Shown: one piece after another, positions 36,896 through 50,524 of the stretch
Layout of the letters: every line of letters starts with the position of its first letter
Numbering within the stretch: position 1 is the first letter of the stretch
Source of the DNA: Felis catus
Lineage: Eukaryota
DNA: 64,000 bases
Reading direction: 5' to 3'
Assembly: GCF_018350175.1 (NCBI RefSeq)
Contig: NC_058373.1
Coordinates: 116,066,001-116,130,000, forward strand
Position numbers and translations under genes: made by a program
The notes under the pieces: model-generated
The model's input: the letters and a program-made list of their open reading frames with translations, nothing else
Told to the model about the DNA's origin: nothing
Database searches by the model: none

Positions 36896-38163
36896 GAACT
36901 CCTCTGGATTTTCTATTTCTAAATTCACTTTGACCCACCTCTGCTTCTCCGGTTGGGCAAAGAAAACACTTGTCTATCCGGTAACAGGGCAAGGAGGAGC
37001 GCCCAGGAGCTTCATCAACACATGAGCAAGACAGCTGAGTGTAGATAAGAATCTGGACCAGGCTTCCCGCAGGCAGGCAGGCCTCAGGTTAAATCAATGT
37101 AACACCAGCAGCAGCCGAGGTGGCGATGTCAGTCCTGACTCACACTGCAGGATGTCAACTGCCCAACCTCTAGGTCTGGGGCACAGCCATTCTCCTGGGC
37201 TCTTTCTTCACAGTCTGCGGGGTTTTTCCTTCATTTCCTGCGGGGTTTTTCCTGTGTGTTAATCCCTGGGTCCTGCAGGGACAGGACACTCTCTCTCTCT
37301 CTGCTGGTTTCTTCTCTGGCTTGAGCGGTGTGCATTCTCCAGTAGCTCCTTAGAAAGAATGCACGGAAGGTACTTTGTTGTTGTTGTTTGAAAATGTCTA
37401 TATTCCATCCCCATACTTGGTATAAAATTGGGAGATTTCCGTTCACCATTTTGAAGGCATTATGCACCATTTTCTTGCTTCCAACGCTGTTAAGAAGCCT
37501 CAGGCCATTGAGCCTCGTGATGCCTGTAAGTGATGTCTTTTTCCTTTGGGAAATTTCTCCTCTCTTCTTCGTCCCCTGTGGTCTGAAATCTTAGAGGGAT
37601 GTGGCTTGAGGCGGGAACTTAGTACTTTGAAATCTGAGCACCCATGTCTTTCAGTTACAGAGAATTTTCTTGAAGTGCTTTACTGTTAATTTCCTTGCCT
37701 GTATTTCTGTTTTCCCACTCTAGAACCTCTATTATTCAGATATCGGGCTTTCTAGACTGGTCCTCCAGTTTTCTTTTCTCCTCTATTTTCCCCGTCTGTT
37801 TTTTCTTTTTGCTCTTCTTTAGGAAATGTCATCGCTTTACCTTCGAACTCTTCTACTGGGTTTTTCATTTCCCTATCATGGTTTTAATTGCTAAAGGAGC
37901 TCTTTTTCCTTCTCTGATTTTTTTTTTTTTCGTGCTTGGCATCAGGTAGCTGTTTTTTGGGTTTTTTTTTTTTTTAATATGGGCACAATATCTTTTCTTC
38001 TACCCCCGTGTATTGCCAATGGTTCTTTTTTTTTACTTCTTTGTTTTCTCCAGTGCACTTTGCCTCAGCAGCTTTTCCTATCTGTGTTTTGGCCTCTAAT
38101 GCACTTTCACTCAGAGTTATAGCAACCCTTGGTTGTCTGTTTGTGATTAAGAACCAGTCAATA

Positions 38164-38394
38164 GGGGCGCCTGGGTGGCGCAGTCGGTTAAGCGTCCGAC
38201 TTCAGCCAGGTCACGATCTCGCGGTCCGTGAGTTCGAGCCCCGCAAGTCAGGCTCTGGGCTGATGGCTCGGAGCCTGGAGCCTGTTTCCGGTTCTGTGTC
38301 TCCCTCTCTCTCTGCCCCTCCCCCGTTCATGCTCTGTCTCTCTCTGTCCCAAAAATAAATAAACGTTGAAAAAAAAAATTAAAAAAAAAAAAAA
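38164..38394 (+). mobile_element. Young felid CAN-SINE
   Basis: Same diagnostic positions as the copy at 13277. Confidence 0.95.
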
Positions 38395-38424
38395 GAACCA
38401 AACGGTGCTTAGGTTTAAAACAAA

Positions 38425-38632
38425 ATTTTTTTTAATGTTTATTTATTTTTGAGAGAGAGAGACAGAGTGCGAGCAGGGGAGGGGCAGAGACAGAAGGAGA
38501 CACAGCATCCGAAGCAGGCTCCAGGCTCTGAGCTGTCAGCACAGAGCCCGATGTGGGGCTCGAACTCACAAACTGTGAGATCGTGACCTGGGGTGAGGTC
38601 AGATGCTTAACCGACTGAGCCACCCAGGCGTC
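38425..38632 (-). mobile_element. CAN-SINE
   Basis: TSD gtgcttaggttt. Confidence 0.93.
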
Positions 38633-38651
38633 TGTGCTTAGGTTTTAATCC

Positions 38652-38772
38652 TGGGGCACCTAGCTAGCTCAGTTGGTGGAGCGTGCGACTCTGGATCTTG
38701 GGGTTGCAAGTTCCAGCCCCACGTTGGGTGTAAAGATTACTTAACAATAAAATCTTTAAAAATAAATAAAAG
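38652..38772 (+). mobile_element. Short tRNA-like CAN-SINE
   Basis: ggggcacctagctagctcagttggtggagcgtgcgactc...aataaaatctttaaaa. Confidence 0.85.
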
Positions 38773-39252
38773 TAAAAAGTCCTCATATTTTGAAGGAAGT
38801 ACTGAAACAGTTACTGAAAATATGAAATGATGCTACAGATTTCCTTCAAAATAATCAAGGCTGGGGAATGAGCAGGGTAACAAAGGAAGATTACCTTCGA
38901 GCTGGCCAGTGTTGAAACTGGTGAGTACATGGGTGTCCGTTATGCAATCTCCCTTACTTGTAAGTTTTCCATAAAAAGTAGGCAGGAAAAGGTGTGAGGA
39001 ACCATAAGCTGACTAGAACCTCTAAGCACATAGGAGGAATCTGTCAACTTTGAGCTTCACTGTGGGGAAATTCCTAGAAAGGAATATCAGAGGTCACTCC
39101 TCTTGAGGTGGTCAGCTCTCAGGGAGCAGTTCTCTTCCAAATGGCTGGGAAAGGAAAGGCCTGGCTACCAAATGTGCTGGGAAGCCAGTCGTGAGGGCCA
39201 AGGGGGTCTCAGAATGCACACTGCAGTCTGTAAACGCTTACTTCGTCCCTCC

Positions 39253-39469
39253 TTTTTTTTTTTTAATGTTTATTTATTTTTGAGAGAGAGAAAGAGACAG
39301 AGCATGAGCGGAGGAGGGGCAGAGAGAGAGGGAAGCACAGAATCCGAAGCAGGCTCCAGGCTCTGAGCTGTCAGCACAGAGCCTGACATGGGGCTCAAAC
39401 TCACGGACTGCGAGTTCACAACCTGAGCCAAAGTCGGACGCTTAACCGACTGAGCCACCCAGCTGCCCC
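39253..39469 (-). mobile_element. CAN-SINE
   Basis: TSD tccctccttttttt. Confidence 0.93.
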
Positions 39470-41173
39470 ATCCCTCCTTTTTTTAAGTAAAACACCCATA
39501 CCCTCCACTGTGCTTAGTCCCCCTGTCTAGAAACTGTTAACCTTTTCCAAATGGAAAGGCGGTCGGTGGAGGAGTGGAGGAGAAAGATCCATGGGACTCA
39601 AATGCATTGCACAGCACTGCTACCCAACCTTGCTCACTTTAGGACCTCACTTGGCCCCAGCTCCAGAGGCGCCTGGGGCTGCCAGTTGCTAGACTTTTTA
39701 GGAGTCTGTGATATAAACTGACTGGTTCTTTGCTTTTCTGTCCATTTAAAACGATCTTTTTCAAATGTCCTACGTCACCTAGTTACCATTCACCCCCCTG
39801 TTTTCCAGCTTCCAAAACTTGGTTGTTGCGGCCTCCTCTCCTGCCGGCCTGGTGAGTTTCTGCAGTTTTAGCTGGGTTTTAAGAGTGAGCACCAAGAAGA
39901 TGCAGTACGTGTACGTGTTCAATCTGCCGTCCCAGCCCGGGACCCTGCCTTCAGTTTTGCTTGTTTTCTTGGTGGAGGGAGAAGGAGCTGGTATAGTCTG
40001 TACCCAAAGGTACCTGCAGGGGCTTCCCCTTTGCTTGGCTTAGTTCTTCCACCTCTCCAGTTACGGAGGTTCTCCTGCGTCTTCCCGCCAAAGCCCAGAC
40101 CTACGTCACAGCTTCCCCTCTCTCCCACCTTAGCGAAAACAACCTCTGAGCTGCAAAAAGGCAGAAAGAAAAAAAGTTAACAGTTGAAGAGCCAGAACGT
40201 CTGGGTTCTGGCTCCACCACTGCGGATCTGCACCAGGCCCCCGTTCCCCCTGCTTCTGACATTCCGAGTCTGTAACTCCCTGAAAGCAGTGTCGGTCTTT
40301 CCTGGGGCCAGCCAGGCCCCACCACCCATCCGAGTAGAGTAACAGCTAAGCCAAAGGGCAAAGAGGAGTCCGGCAAGATGACTCTACCCCAGAGAAAAGT
40401 CCCATTCACTAGACGCAGCCAGGCCTTAGGGCACCTGAGTCAGCGCGCGAGACATTTGCCTCCTGCGGCCCGTTGTCTCCAGCGGAGGAAGGAAGAACTC
40501 CGGCTCTAGCCCCACCCAGCAGCCCAGAAGGCCAACAGGTCCGTGGCTAACATGGAGCCACCTCCCTGCCAGGCTAACTCAGCAAGAGCCACGCGGAAAA
40601 GCTTGCCTCACGGACCACTACCGTGCCTGCATCCCCTGGCCTCTCCCGGCCCCTGCTGACCCTCAGCCCACTCTGTCCCTCCAAGCAGGGCCAAGAGAGG
40701 CCAGACTCGCTTACTGAGGCAAATGATTCACCGCCTAGACTCCCCGACTCTCCGCCTCAGCAGGTGCGGCGCTGCCTGGAGACGGCCAGGAGACACAGCC
40801 TCGGAGGCCCCAGCCAGTTCAGCAAGGTCAGCAGAGCTCCGCTGGGTTCCACTGGCACGACCGGCAAAGCCGTGCTTCCTGGCAACACTCAGCGAGGGCA
40901 GCCGGAGGCCCCATCAGAAGTGCAGAGAGGTGAGAGAACCGGGTCCTCGAGGACTTAGGATCCGCCTTCTCTTGGTGCAGAAGAGGCAACCGAAGGAAAC
41001 AGAAGAGGAAGCCCTGCCGGAGCAGCCAAAGAGCACTCAGCACAGTGACCTTTGCCTGTCCCAGAGCTAGAGCAAAGCTGAACCACGATGGCTCCCTTTC
41101 CATGCCTGCAGTCTGAGGAGGCATAATAGGTGCTCAGTAAGGACTTTTCTTGGTTGAATCAATAAATGGATAC

Positions 41174-41360
41174 AGGGGCACCTGGGTGGCTCAGTCGGCT
41201 AACCAGCCGACTCTTGATTTAAGCTCAGGTCACGACCTCCCGGTTTTCTGAGTTTGAGCCCCACGTCCGCTCTGCATGCTGACTGTGCAGAGCCTGCTTG
41301 GGATTCTCTCTCTCTCCCTCTCTCTCTGCCCCTCCCCAAATAAATAAATACATTTCAAAA
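41174..41360 (+). mobile_element. CAN-SINE
   Basis: Head, CT tract and A tail. Confidence 0.9.
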
Positions 41361-42295
41361 ACTTAAATAAATATATAAATACATACATGCAAATCATCCC
41401 AAAAGGTTTCTGACTGAATCAGTTTACACGGTGGTCCCCAAACTTGTTTGAGGGCTGGCTACGTCAGAATCACCAAAGAAGCTACAGCAATGGCTCCCAA
41501 CCTCTTGAAATATGTCCTTTCACCCTTAGAAAAAATGCTATTATGATGACAGATGTACCTTTAATGTTGATTAAGAAGAAAATACGACTCAGAGCTAATG
41601 TTCATGGGAGCTTCAGTGTGCCGTGCACTGGGCCAAGTGACTTACATCCATAATCTTACTTCGTTCTCCCAGTAATTCAGGAAGGCACTTTCAGATGTGG
41701 AGACTGAAATCCAGAGAGGCTAGTCCACAGGCGATAAGAGGCAGAGCCCGGACCTAACCCAGGTTTGAATGAAATCACATTCAGTGCCCCGACCACCCTG
41801 CCGTATTAAAATATTCACTGAGAAAAACACTTTTAATCGAATTTGCATTCTATCAACACAACAGCACCTACACACATTTGAAAAACAGACATGAATGTTG
41901 ACACTCTCTGCAAACACACTTAGATTCAAAAAGGCCTTGCAGTAGCCCCCTCCCCAGAGGGCTACAGCCCATCACTGGGAACCACTGATCTCAATGATGT
42001 CACTGGAAGCCCACCATGCACAAAACAGAAGGCTACTGCCCTTGAGGAAAAGGTCTACCTGCCAGCCACCAACTCATATCCAAGCAGGTGTCTCAAGGCC
42101 TCTGACTCCAGAGGAGGCGATGGGAGAGAAATCTCCAAGGAAGGGTTAAAACAGAAGGACAGAGTCAGCAGCGTTCCATGAGAAACAGAAAACAAACTGA
42201 AAACACAGCAGAAAAGAATTGCTACATTAGCAATCCTGGCAACATATCATGGAAGGACTAACGAGGGATTAATGATAGGAACAGAGCCTGAAAGC

Positions 42296-42745
42296 TGTGA
42301 CCCAGACTGCTAGTCGCCCTTCAATGGTTATTCTCCCCTCATCCCATAGTAACAGAACCCTCAAGTGCATGATGGGCACCCCGCCACATATAACATTAAC
42401 TATGTTTCCCAGTCTCCCAGTTCGAAAGCATAGCCAGGTGACTCGGAAGTATCATGTGGCTGCCTTCTGTAACTGGTCTTAAAGGTCATCAGCTCAAGGC
42501 CTTTGGCTGTTCTTCATCCCTTCCCACATCGTGCTGCCTGGAACACAGACGTGATACCTGGAGATCTAGCCGCTACCTTGGACTCTGAAGATAAGATTCT
42601 GCCTGAAAGTTGGCAGAAGTGTGAAATGGAAGGAGTCTAGCGCTTGTGGAACAGACATGTCATGCTAACCGCGGGCCGTCTCCTGCCAGACTTTTACATT
42701 TAAGACAAAAAGATTTCTTAGTTCAGCCACTGTTACTTTGGGTGT
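42296..42745. mobile_element. Old MaLR (MLT1-type) LTR
   Basis: tgtgacccagactgctag...cagccactgttactttgggtgtctgtc...cagctaacctaatctaac; resembles 23503-23940. Confidence 0.55.
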
Positions 42746-43232
42746 CTGTCTCGCATCAGCTAACCTAATCTAACAGGTACGAAGTTCAATTCCACTGCTA
42801 CAAAATCTCTTTTAGCAAATAGACACATTAAAATCGAAAATCTAAACCCAAAGCAACAATTCCAGTCAATAAAATCTCTGTACAATACAGCCGAAGATTT
42901 GGAAAACCTCTCCAAGCTTCTATAAAATGAATCCACTTGACACGTTTCAGCTGCATGTTTTTTAAGTAGTATGTCATGTTCTATAATAAGTGTTGACTTA
43001 AATTTTTTTTTTAAAGAGCCCCCTGTAGAGAGAGCCCATATGTACTGTGCTAAGTACAATGTGTTCAACTATAAATTAAACTAGTACTTCCTCTCAAGAT
43101 CACTAGCCAGGAGGAAGATTCAGGGAGTAAGAAAGGCTAGAGCAGGAGATCTTTGTTTCTTATTATTAACCCTGTGATACAATTTAGCTTTTTAATAGGT
43201 ACTGTATATGCACTTTAAAATACATATAGAAA

Positions 43233-44164
43233 GGGGTGACCAGGTGGCTCAGTGGGTTAAGTGTCTGACTTCAGCTCAGGTCACGATCTCATGGCTCATG
43301 GGTTTGAGCCCCGCCTTGGGCTCTGTGCTGACAGCTCGGAGCCTGGAGCCTGCTTTGGATTCTGTGTCTCCCTCTCTCTCTCTGCCCCTCCCCAGCTCGT
43401 GCTCTCTCTTTCTCTCAAAAATAAATAAACATTAAAAAAAATTTTAAATACATATACAAAAAAGATGTAGCAAGCAATAATATATATGACTATACTTTCA
43501 TAAAACATTAGTATACAAAAATACATGGTTTGATCAGATTTCTTTTTGTTAAGAATATGCTGTTTACCAGACAGAAAAACACCTGAAGGATATATACCTA
43601 AATGTTAACCATAGTTACCTCTGGGTACCGGGTTTTGGGGCGGTAAATTTTTCTTATATTCATCTAAAAAATTTTTTTAATGTTTTATTTATTTTTGAGA
43701 CAGAGACAGAGCATGAGCAGGGGAGGGGCAGAGAGAGAGGGAGATACAGAATCCAAAGCAGGCTCCAGGCTCTGAGCTGTCAGCACAGAGCCCGACACAG
43801 GGCTCGAACTCACAAACCGCGAGATCATGACCTGAGCCAAAGTCGGAGGCTCAACTGACCTCGCCACCCAGGCGCCCCTCTTATATTCATCTTTATTATA
43901 AAAAATTGTCTACATTAAACGGGTATTCTTTGTTAATATTTTACAAATTAAGTCGTTAGGGGTGCCTGGGTAGCTCAGTTGGTTAAGCGTCCAACTCTTG
44001 ATTTCAACTCAGGTCATGATCAGGTCATGGGTACAAGCCCCATGTTGGGCTCTGTGCTGACAGCTCGGAGCCTGGAGCCTGCTTCAGATTCTGTGTCCCC
44101 CTCTCTCTCCACCCCTCTCTTGCTTGCACTGGCTCTCTCTCTCTCTCAAAAATAAACATTAAAA
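43233..44164. mobile_element. Three CAN-SINEs: + (43233-43441), - (43670-43878), + (43958-44164)
   Basis: Each has a head, CT/GA tract and tail; the middle copy has TSD tcttatattcatct. Confidence 0.92.
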
Positions 44165-45004
44165 GCCATTTTTTTTTAATTACAAAAAAAAAAAAAAAGA
44201 GTGGTTTTCCCATAACACTGTCAAGTTGATGGCTATGTCTTAGTGGTAGGGAGGGACAAGGAGGAAAACCTGCATTTAGAACAGGAGAGAACTGGCAGAG
44301 AAGCCACCAAAGTAGGAGTCAAACCTAATTCTACCTGTGTGCACACTGCCCTTTACACCGGAACTCCGGGGTCTCAGACTAAAGCCAAACCACCTGAGTA
44401 GTGCTCTGTATCCTTGTAGGGAAGGGAACCAACTTTTTATGTTTAAATAAGAGTATATTAGAAATAAAGACTATATTTCCAGGAAGCTCACAGACACCCA
44501 CACCAGGACAGCTTTGGCAAGGAGTGGTGGCAAAAGCCTGCTGGTGGGCAACATCTCACCAGGCATTATTTAGGGCAAATGTGTGCTAAAAGCGCCACGG
44601 CTGAGACAGTACATCAGCTTGGGGGCACGGGGAAAGGTGTTGATGGGGGCAAGACAAGCAACTGTCCTACACCAGGTCTGAAACTGTTTTAGAAGTCGTG
44701 AGTCTTGCGGTGAGTGGTGCAGGCCGGACCCTGCAAACTCAGTAGCACTGGTCGCCTTCCAGTCACACCCCCCAGATGGTAACTCAGTGAAGCCAGTGGG
44801 AGGGCTGACTTCACATTAAATGTTCAAACGTATGAGGATAGGAACTAACAAAGCAGGGGAATCCTGGGGCCTTAAGTCCTATTCTCTCCACTGGACCTTC
44901 ACCCTCAAAATAGGTATGTATTTGGTGCTGAGCAGTGGCAGGAAGGTCCAATACAGCTGTTCAGCGACACCCAACACAGAATGTTGTTGTTGTTGTTGTT
45001 GTTG

Positions 45005-45183
45005 TTTTTAATGCTTTATTTATTTATTTTTGAGGGGCAGGGGGAGAGAGAGGGAGAGAGAGAGGATCCCAAGCAGGCTCCTGGCTGTCAGCACAGAGCC
45101 CAATGTGGGCCTCGAACTCACAAACCATGAGATCATGACCTGAGCTGAAGTTGGACACTCAACTGAGCCACCCAGGTGCCCCC
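45005..45183 (-). mobile_element. CAN-SINE with adjacent (TTG)n tail repeat (44982-45006)
   Basis: ...ctgagccacccaggtgcccc. Confidence 0.9.
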
Positions 45184-46527
45184 CCCCAACACAGGATGTT
45201 CTTAACCCAGGATCTCTGCTTTGACTTACAGAATCTTCTCCCACTGGCCCTGCAGACACTAGGCCGTAAGAGCTATGAAACACCCCAGACTGACGAGCCT
45301 CCAATTTCCCATCCAGCACCAGGTCACTATCCCTTTCACAGTGGGACCTTCTGTTCCTGTCCCCACCCATGCCTCTCTTTTCCCTTTTTCTAAAATGTGT
45401 GTCTTACCAGGCTAGCATAAAGGGCCTCTGGAGAGGGGGAAAAGAGGTTGAGGTTATATATCAGAAGTGCAAAGAATATGGGTCAACTCCAAGAGCTCTG
45501 TACCTCAGCTCCCCTGTTCACCAACAGCCACAATCCACCATGGGAGAAACATTGCTCACTGCTCATTCACCCCAGGAACGACCATTCTCTACATCCCAAA
45601 ATGGAGAACGGTTATTTTAGAGAGGAAGATTCTCGCTCCATCACAGTCCAGGGGCCAGAAAGTCTCCCCTGTAAGACTAGCCTGATGCTATTATAAGTGG
45701 GCAAGGTATGGGGCAGAGTTCAGAAGCACAAGGGTCAGCCCTTCACTGGAGGGGCCCAGGCCCCAGCAGGTCAACTCTTAGGGTGCTGGGTGTGGCCCAC
45801 AGACCATGAGGCCCCACCCTGCCTAAGTGCAGCACCCACACTCCTCTCTGGGAAGAAGGCACCACACCATGGTTGAAAAGGGATTCGGGATTAGCTAAAG
45901 CCTCTAAAATACAACCAACATCCAGGATCAGAGAAGCCAGGATGTTACTCAAGAGAGCAAAGCTCCTCCCTGGTAACCCTCCTGCCTAAGAATCTTCGGA
46001 CTTTGGTTAAAGATACTAGCTGTGCTGCTTAGGCCGGCAGTCCCCTACACAGGGGAGAGGGGGAGGGAGGAACGAGGAAGAGTTGGTCCTATAAAGGAAA
46101 ACAGGAATGGAACCTCCTTCCCCCTCCCATCCCCCCTCCCATTCGTTCTGGCCATAAGTCGCCCCTTACAAGCACGGCCATCAGCGCTGCGAGTATTTAT
46201 GGAGCGCTAACTACATACCCGTCACCGTGCTAAGCAGCCTACATGCACTACCTCCATCAATCGATCACCTCAGGAAACGGGTACTGTTTCATTTCTGTTT
46301 ACAGGTGAAGACGCTGCGGCCGAGCGAAGGGAGCACATTCGTCAGTTACACAGCCAGGACGTGGTAAATCTGGGACGATTGGCTACCACTCCCACGCTCT
46401 TGATGATGATCTTAGTGTACCCCACAAGCCCATCTTGCTTTAAGCATCTACTGTGGAGAAACGTGGACATGAGAGACGAGAGATGGAAAGAAAATCCTCG
46501 GAAGGAGGTCACAGAATACACAGCCGC

Positions 46528-46738
46528 CGGGGCTCCTGGGTGGCCCAGTAGGTTAAATGTCTGACTTCGGCTCAGGTCATGATCTCACAGTTCATGAGTT
46601 CGAGCTCCGTATCAGGCTCGCTGCTGTCGGCGCAGAGCCCGCTTCAGATCCTCTGTCCCCCTCCCCTCTGCTCCTCCCCTGCTCACGCTCTCTCTCTCTC
46701 TCTCTCTCTCTCTCAAAAATAAAATAAACTGAAAAAAA
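46528..46738 (+). mobile_element. CAN-SINE
   Basis: Head and tail; degenerate TSD agaa(t/g)acacagc. Confidence 0.92.
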
Positions 46739-48600
46739 TTTTTTAAGAAGACACAGCTGCTGAGCTGTGAAGAAAGGACAGGGCTTCGTCCAAGGGAAAG
46801 AGGCAGGAGGCCACTCTGAGCAAGGGGAATAGTGTGGTTTCAGGCCAGAGGGAAGAAACCCCGACACATGTAGGGAAGAGGAAATAGTCCCCGGTAGCTG
46901 GAGCAGGACATAGCGGCAGCGAAGGGCTGAGGCCGGACAGGAAGATGCCAGGCCACGCAGACATGCTGGGAATCTGTCCCGGAGTGACAGGCAGTTTGCA
47001 AGCAGGGAAGTGGTGTGGTTGCAGCGAGACAAACAGAACTGAAAGAGCAAGAGACAGGCAGCGAGGACACAACAGTGACCTTTACAGTTACCCAGGGGAG
47101 GTGGCGAAGAAGGAACCACGGTACTGGGATGGAGATGACGGGCCAGCGAGATGCAGCGATTAATCACACGAACAGGGAGAAGGAGCGGCCAATGAGTCCC
47201 GGGAAATCTCTCCGGCTTCACAGCACCCACGTGCTCCGGCTGGGTACCTGTAGGTCATCGATCTTTTGGGAAGGTATGCGCATTCAGCGAGGACGGGGGC
47301 TTTGGGAGGTTTCACTGCCCCTACCTCTGTGCCAACACACGCCCACCATCTCACGGCTTCCGATAGAGACTGAAGCTTCCCATCCCCTCCCAGCTCTCCA
47401 TAATCACCTGGGAACACGGCTCCTTCACTTCCAGGCACAGTCACAAACTCACACATTACGAACTGCCACGGTCTGGACCACATGCAGTTCCACGGCCCTG
47501 ACATGCTGGCACCAGACACTATTTGCCAACGCAGCTCAGTCCCGCGTTCATCTGGGACAACGGGCAAGCCCCAGATACCAGGGCTCTGTGCTTCACGATG
47601 TCAGTCAAGGGCAGGCAGCAGAGAGCTCGGAGAATGGCACGGGCTGAGAATGAGGCCAGAATTGATAGATGGGCTTCCCGGGGCTGCCTGTTGAGAGCCA
47701 GTCCTCCGGCACCTGGGCCGTAAGCACAGTGTTCAGACAGGCTAGTTAACAGGACTGTGATACTGGGGCCTCGGTTCAAACCTGGAGGGCGTCCAGGGCT
47801 CCAGGCCACTCCCAACTCTGGCTGGTTTTCTCGCGAATACGTGCACGGGGGACAAAGGAAAAGATGTATACGTGTAAGCCAGCACTTGAGAGACAACTCC
47901 AAGCACCAGCCTTCCTGACGTGCCCACATCTGTGCCTGCTACATGATTCAACAGCACGAGGGGTGGATTTCTGCTGCTTTGTAGGGCTGGAGGATAGAGG
48001 GGACATGAGCGAGAACTCATATATTTATAGACTAACAATGGCTGGTCTCAAGAGACACAGCACAATTCATCAGGCTTTTTCAAGCTATTTTTCAATGACC
48101 CCTTTAACCAGCCCCAGCTTTCCATGGGAACTTCACTTTTATCTCTTCTCTCGACGCAGTGGCCCCTTCCCACCTCTCTCACGCTGCCGAGCGAAGGTTC
48201 TCTCACAGCCAAGCTTCTTGTGATTAAAACACAAATGGCCGCTGCCACCTTGCTGGCCAAACTTCCCAGCGTGTGTTTGCAGGACACCTTGCCCCCTGCC
48301 ACATCCTAAAATAGGACTATTTCAACTCGGGCACCTACAGCCATTGCCACCTTGTGCAAATTAAGCTCAGATAACACAGCTGGGACTCTAGCCCTGAGCT
48401 CGTCCAGACACAGATGTCACCAGCAGGAAACGGAAAGGCAGAGGCAGAGCTTTTATGCAGCCACTTTCCTTATTAAAGAACATCTCCACAAACACCTGCC
48501 AGCTCTGACCATTCCCACCACACCGTCTCACCCTGACCGTGAAGAGCTGCCAGGTCTCAGTCATGCCTCAGCTACAAACTGGATAAAAATGATCAAGAAA

Positions 48601-48822
48601 GGGGCGCCTGGGTGGCGCAGTCGGTTGAGCGTCCGACTTCAGCCAGGTCACGATCTCGCGGTCCGTGGGTTCGAGCCCCGCGTCGGGCTCTGGGCTGATG
48701 GCTCAGAGCCTGGAGCCTGTTTCCGATTCTGTGTCTCCCTCTCTCTCTCTGCCCCTCCCCTGTTCATGCTCTGTCTCCCTCTGTCCCAAAAATAAATAAA
48801 TGTTGAAAAAAAAATTAAAAAA
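48601..48822 (+). mobile_element. Young felid CAN-SINE
   Basis: Perfect 16-bp TSD aaaaatgatcaagaaa at 48585-48600 and 48823-48838. Confidence 0.97.
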
Positions 48823-48982
48823 AAAAATGATCAAGAAAGAGGCAGCACATCAAACCTTTGATGATTCTGTCAACAAAAAGCCATTCTTCTTCCTTGGCAT
48901 GTGGACATGGGTGTTGCTCCTAGGCTCCCCACGAACCTGGGTCCCCAGGCTCTGCCACCAGAGTCCCCTTGGCAGGCAGGGC

Positions 48983-49545
48983 AGGTGGCATTTTCAAAAT
49001 GGCACAACATCTCCCACCTTCTATGCTTTTCTCCGATGTGATCTGGACACTCCTCCCGCAGACAGGCGGGTCTCTGTCCCCTCTGAATCGCAGCGGGCCT
49101 GAGACTCCCGTTAACCACCAGAACGCAGCGTAAGTGACACTGCATGACTTCTGAGCCAGATCAGGAAAGACGACACAGCTTCTGCCTTGTTCACTGAAAC
49201 ACTTGTGCTTGAAGCCTTGAGCCACCATGTCAGAAGGCCACCAGCCCCGAGCCAGCCACACTCGGAGGGCTCACACGTGGGCACCATCACCAGCAGCCCC
49301 AGCCTTCGAGTCCTCTCAGCCCAGGCACCAGACATGTGCGAACAAGCCTTTCTGAAGAGTTCCGCCTCCAGCTGCGGCCTCAACCAGACCCTCCAAATTG
49401 TTCCAGCTGAGGTTCCCGACATGGAGAAGCAGGAACAAGCCATTCCTCCTGAGCCCTTTCTAAATTCCCAGCCTGGTTTTCATGAGATAATGAAATGATT
49501 CTTGTTTGGGGCCGTTTGTTCTGAAGCAACAGTAATGGAAACAGT
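48983..49545. mobile_element. MLT1 (MaLR) LTR
   Basis: aagtgacactgcatgacttctgagc...cccaggcaccagacatgtg...gaacaagccattcc...ctttctaaattcc...gcaacagtaatggaaca. Confidence 0.75.
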
Positions 49546-50446
49546 TGGTGACACGCTTGTGAGTCTATTGTCGTATCGGCTGCTACCAGAGAAGCAGCTG
49601 CTCTCGGAGACGGTATTCTTAAAAAAAGAATGAAAAGCTCCCTTTTATTGAGCATTTACTTTGTGCCAAGCATTATTCTGAGGGCTTGTGTGCATAATTT
49701 CATGTAGCATTACAATGCTATGAGTAAATACTAGGATTATCCTCATTTTACAGAAGAGGAAATGGACTCAGAGGTTGAGGACCTTGCCCAAGCCCGATCT
49801 GCCTGACTCAGAGCCTAGAACACTATATCATACTCTGCTCCCCAGCCGCTTTGAGACAGGAGTGGTTTCTATATGGGAGACTTAAGTACTTGGGGACATG
49901 GCTTTCCTGTTCAGTACTCCAGGTGTGGGAATTTCCTAAAGAATCTAGTGACAGAGGCACAACATTGACCAACACTTGGCCATGGCTGAACTGGGGCAGC
50001 CCCCTCCTCTGGAAAGTCACTGCTGTGGCCCACCATCCTTTTATCAACACCCTGTCCGCCCCCTGAACTGCTTTAAGACCTAACTCCTCCATCAGTGCCT
50101 GCCAAAGAGTTCTCCCTTCTGTAGACACCATCTCATGTACCCTTGGCACACTATTCCATACTGCATAATACTGTTCTGGTTGTCCGGGTGTGTTTATGCC
50201 ATATGGCTCCTGAGGACGGAAAGAATGTGGTCGAAGTGACGTCTACATCGCATACATAATAAAGGGATGTGTCGTATTTCCTACAGCACCTATGCAATCA
50301 CAGGCACGTCAGTTTCTCACGAGGACCTGCTGGTTGAGAATCATAACCCACGCAAAATGCAAACACCCCAGGCATCACCCAAGGCATCACAGAGGAGAAA
50401 AGATTTTATTGTGGAGGAAGAAACAGCACGACCCACCACGGCTGCC

Positions 50447-50524
50447 CATCACCATCACCATCACCATCACCATCACCATCACCATCACCATCACCATCAC
50501 CATCACCATCACCATCACCATCAC
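50447..50524. repeat. Perfect hexanucleotide microsatellite (CATCAC)13
   Basis: 78 nt of uninterrupted catcac. Confidence 0.97.

Noticed and set aside
46592..47647. Overlapping 200-aa ORFs on both strands
   Set aside because: GC-rich intron, one ORF ends in a SINE, and there is no protein-family resemblance or exon structure.
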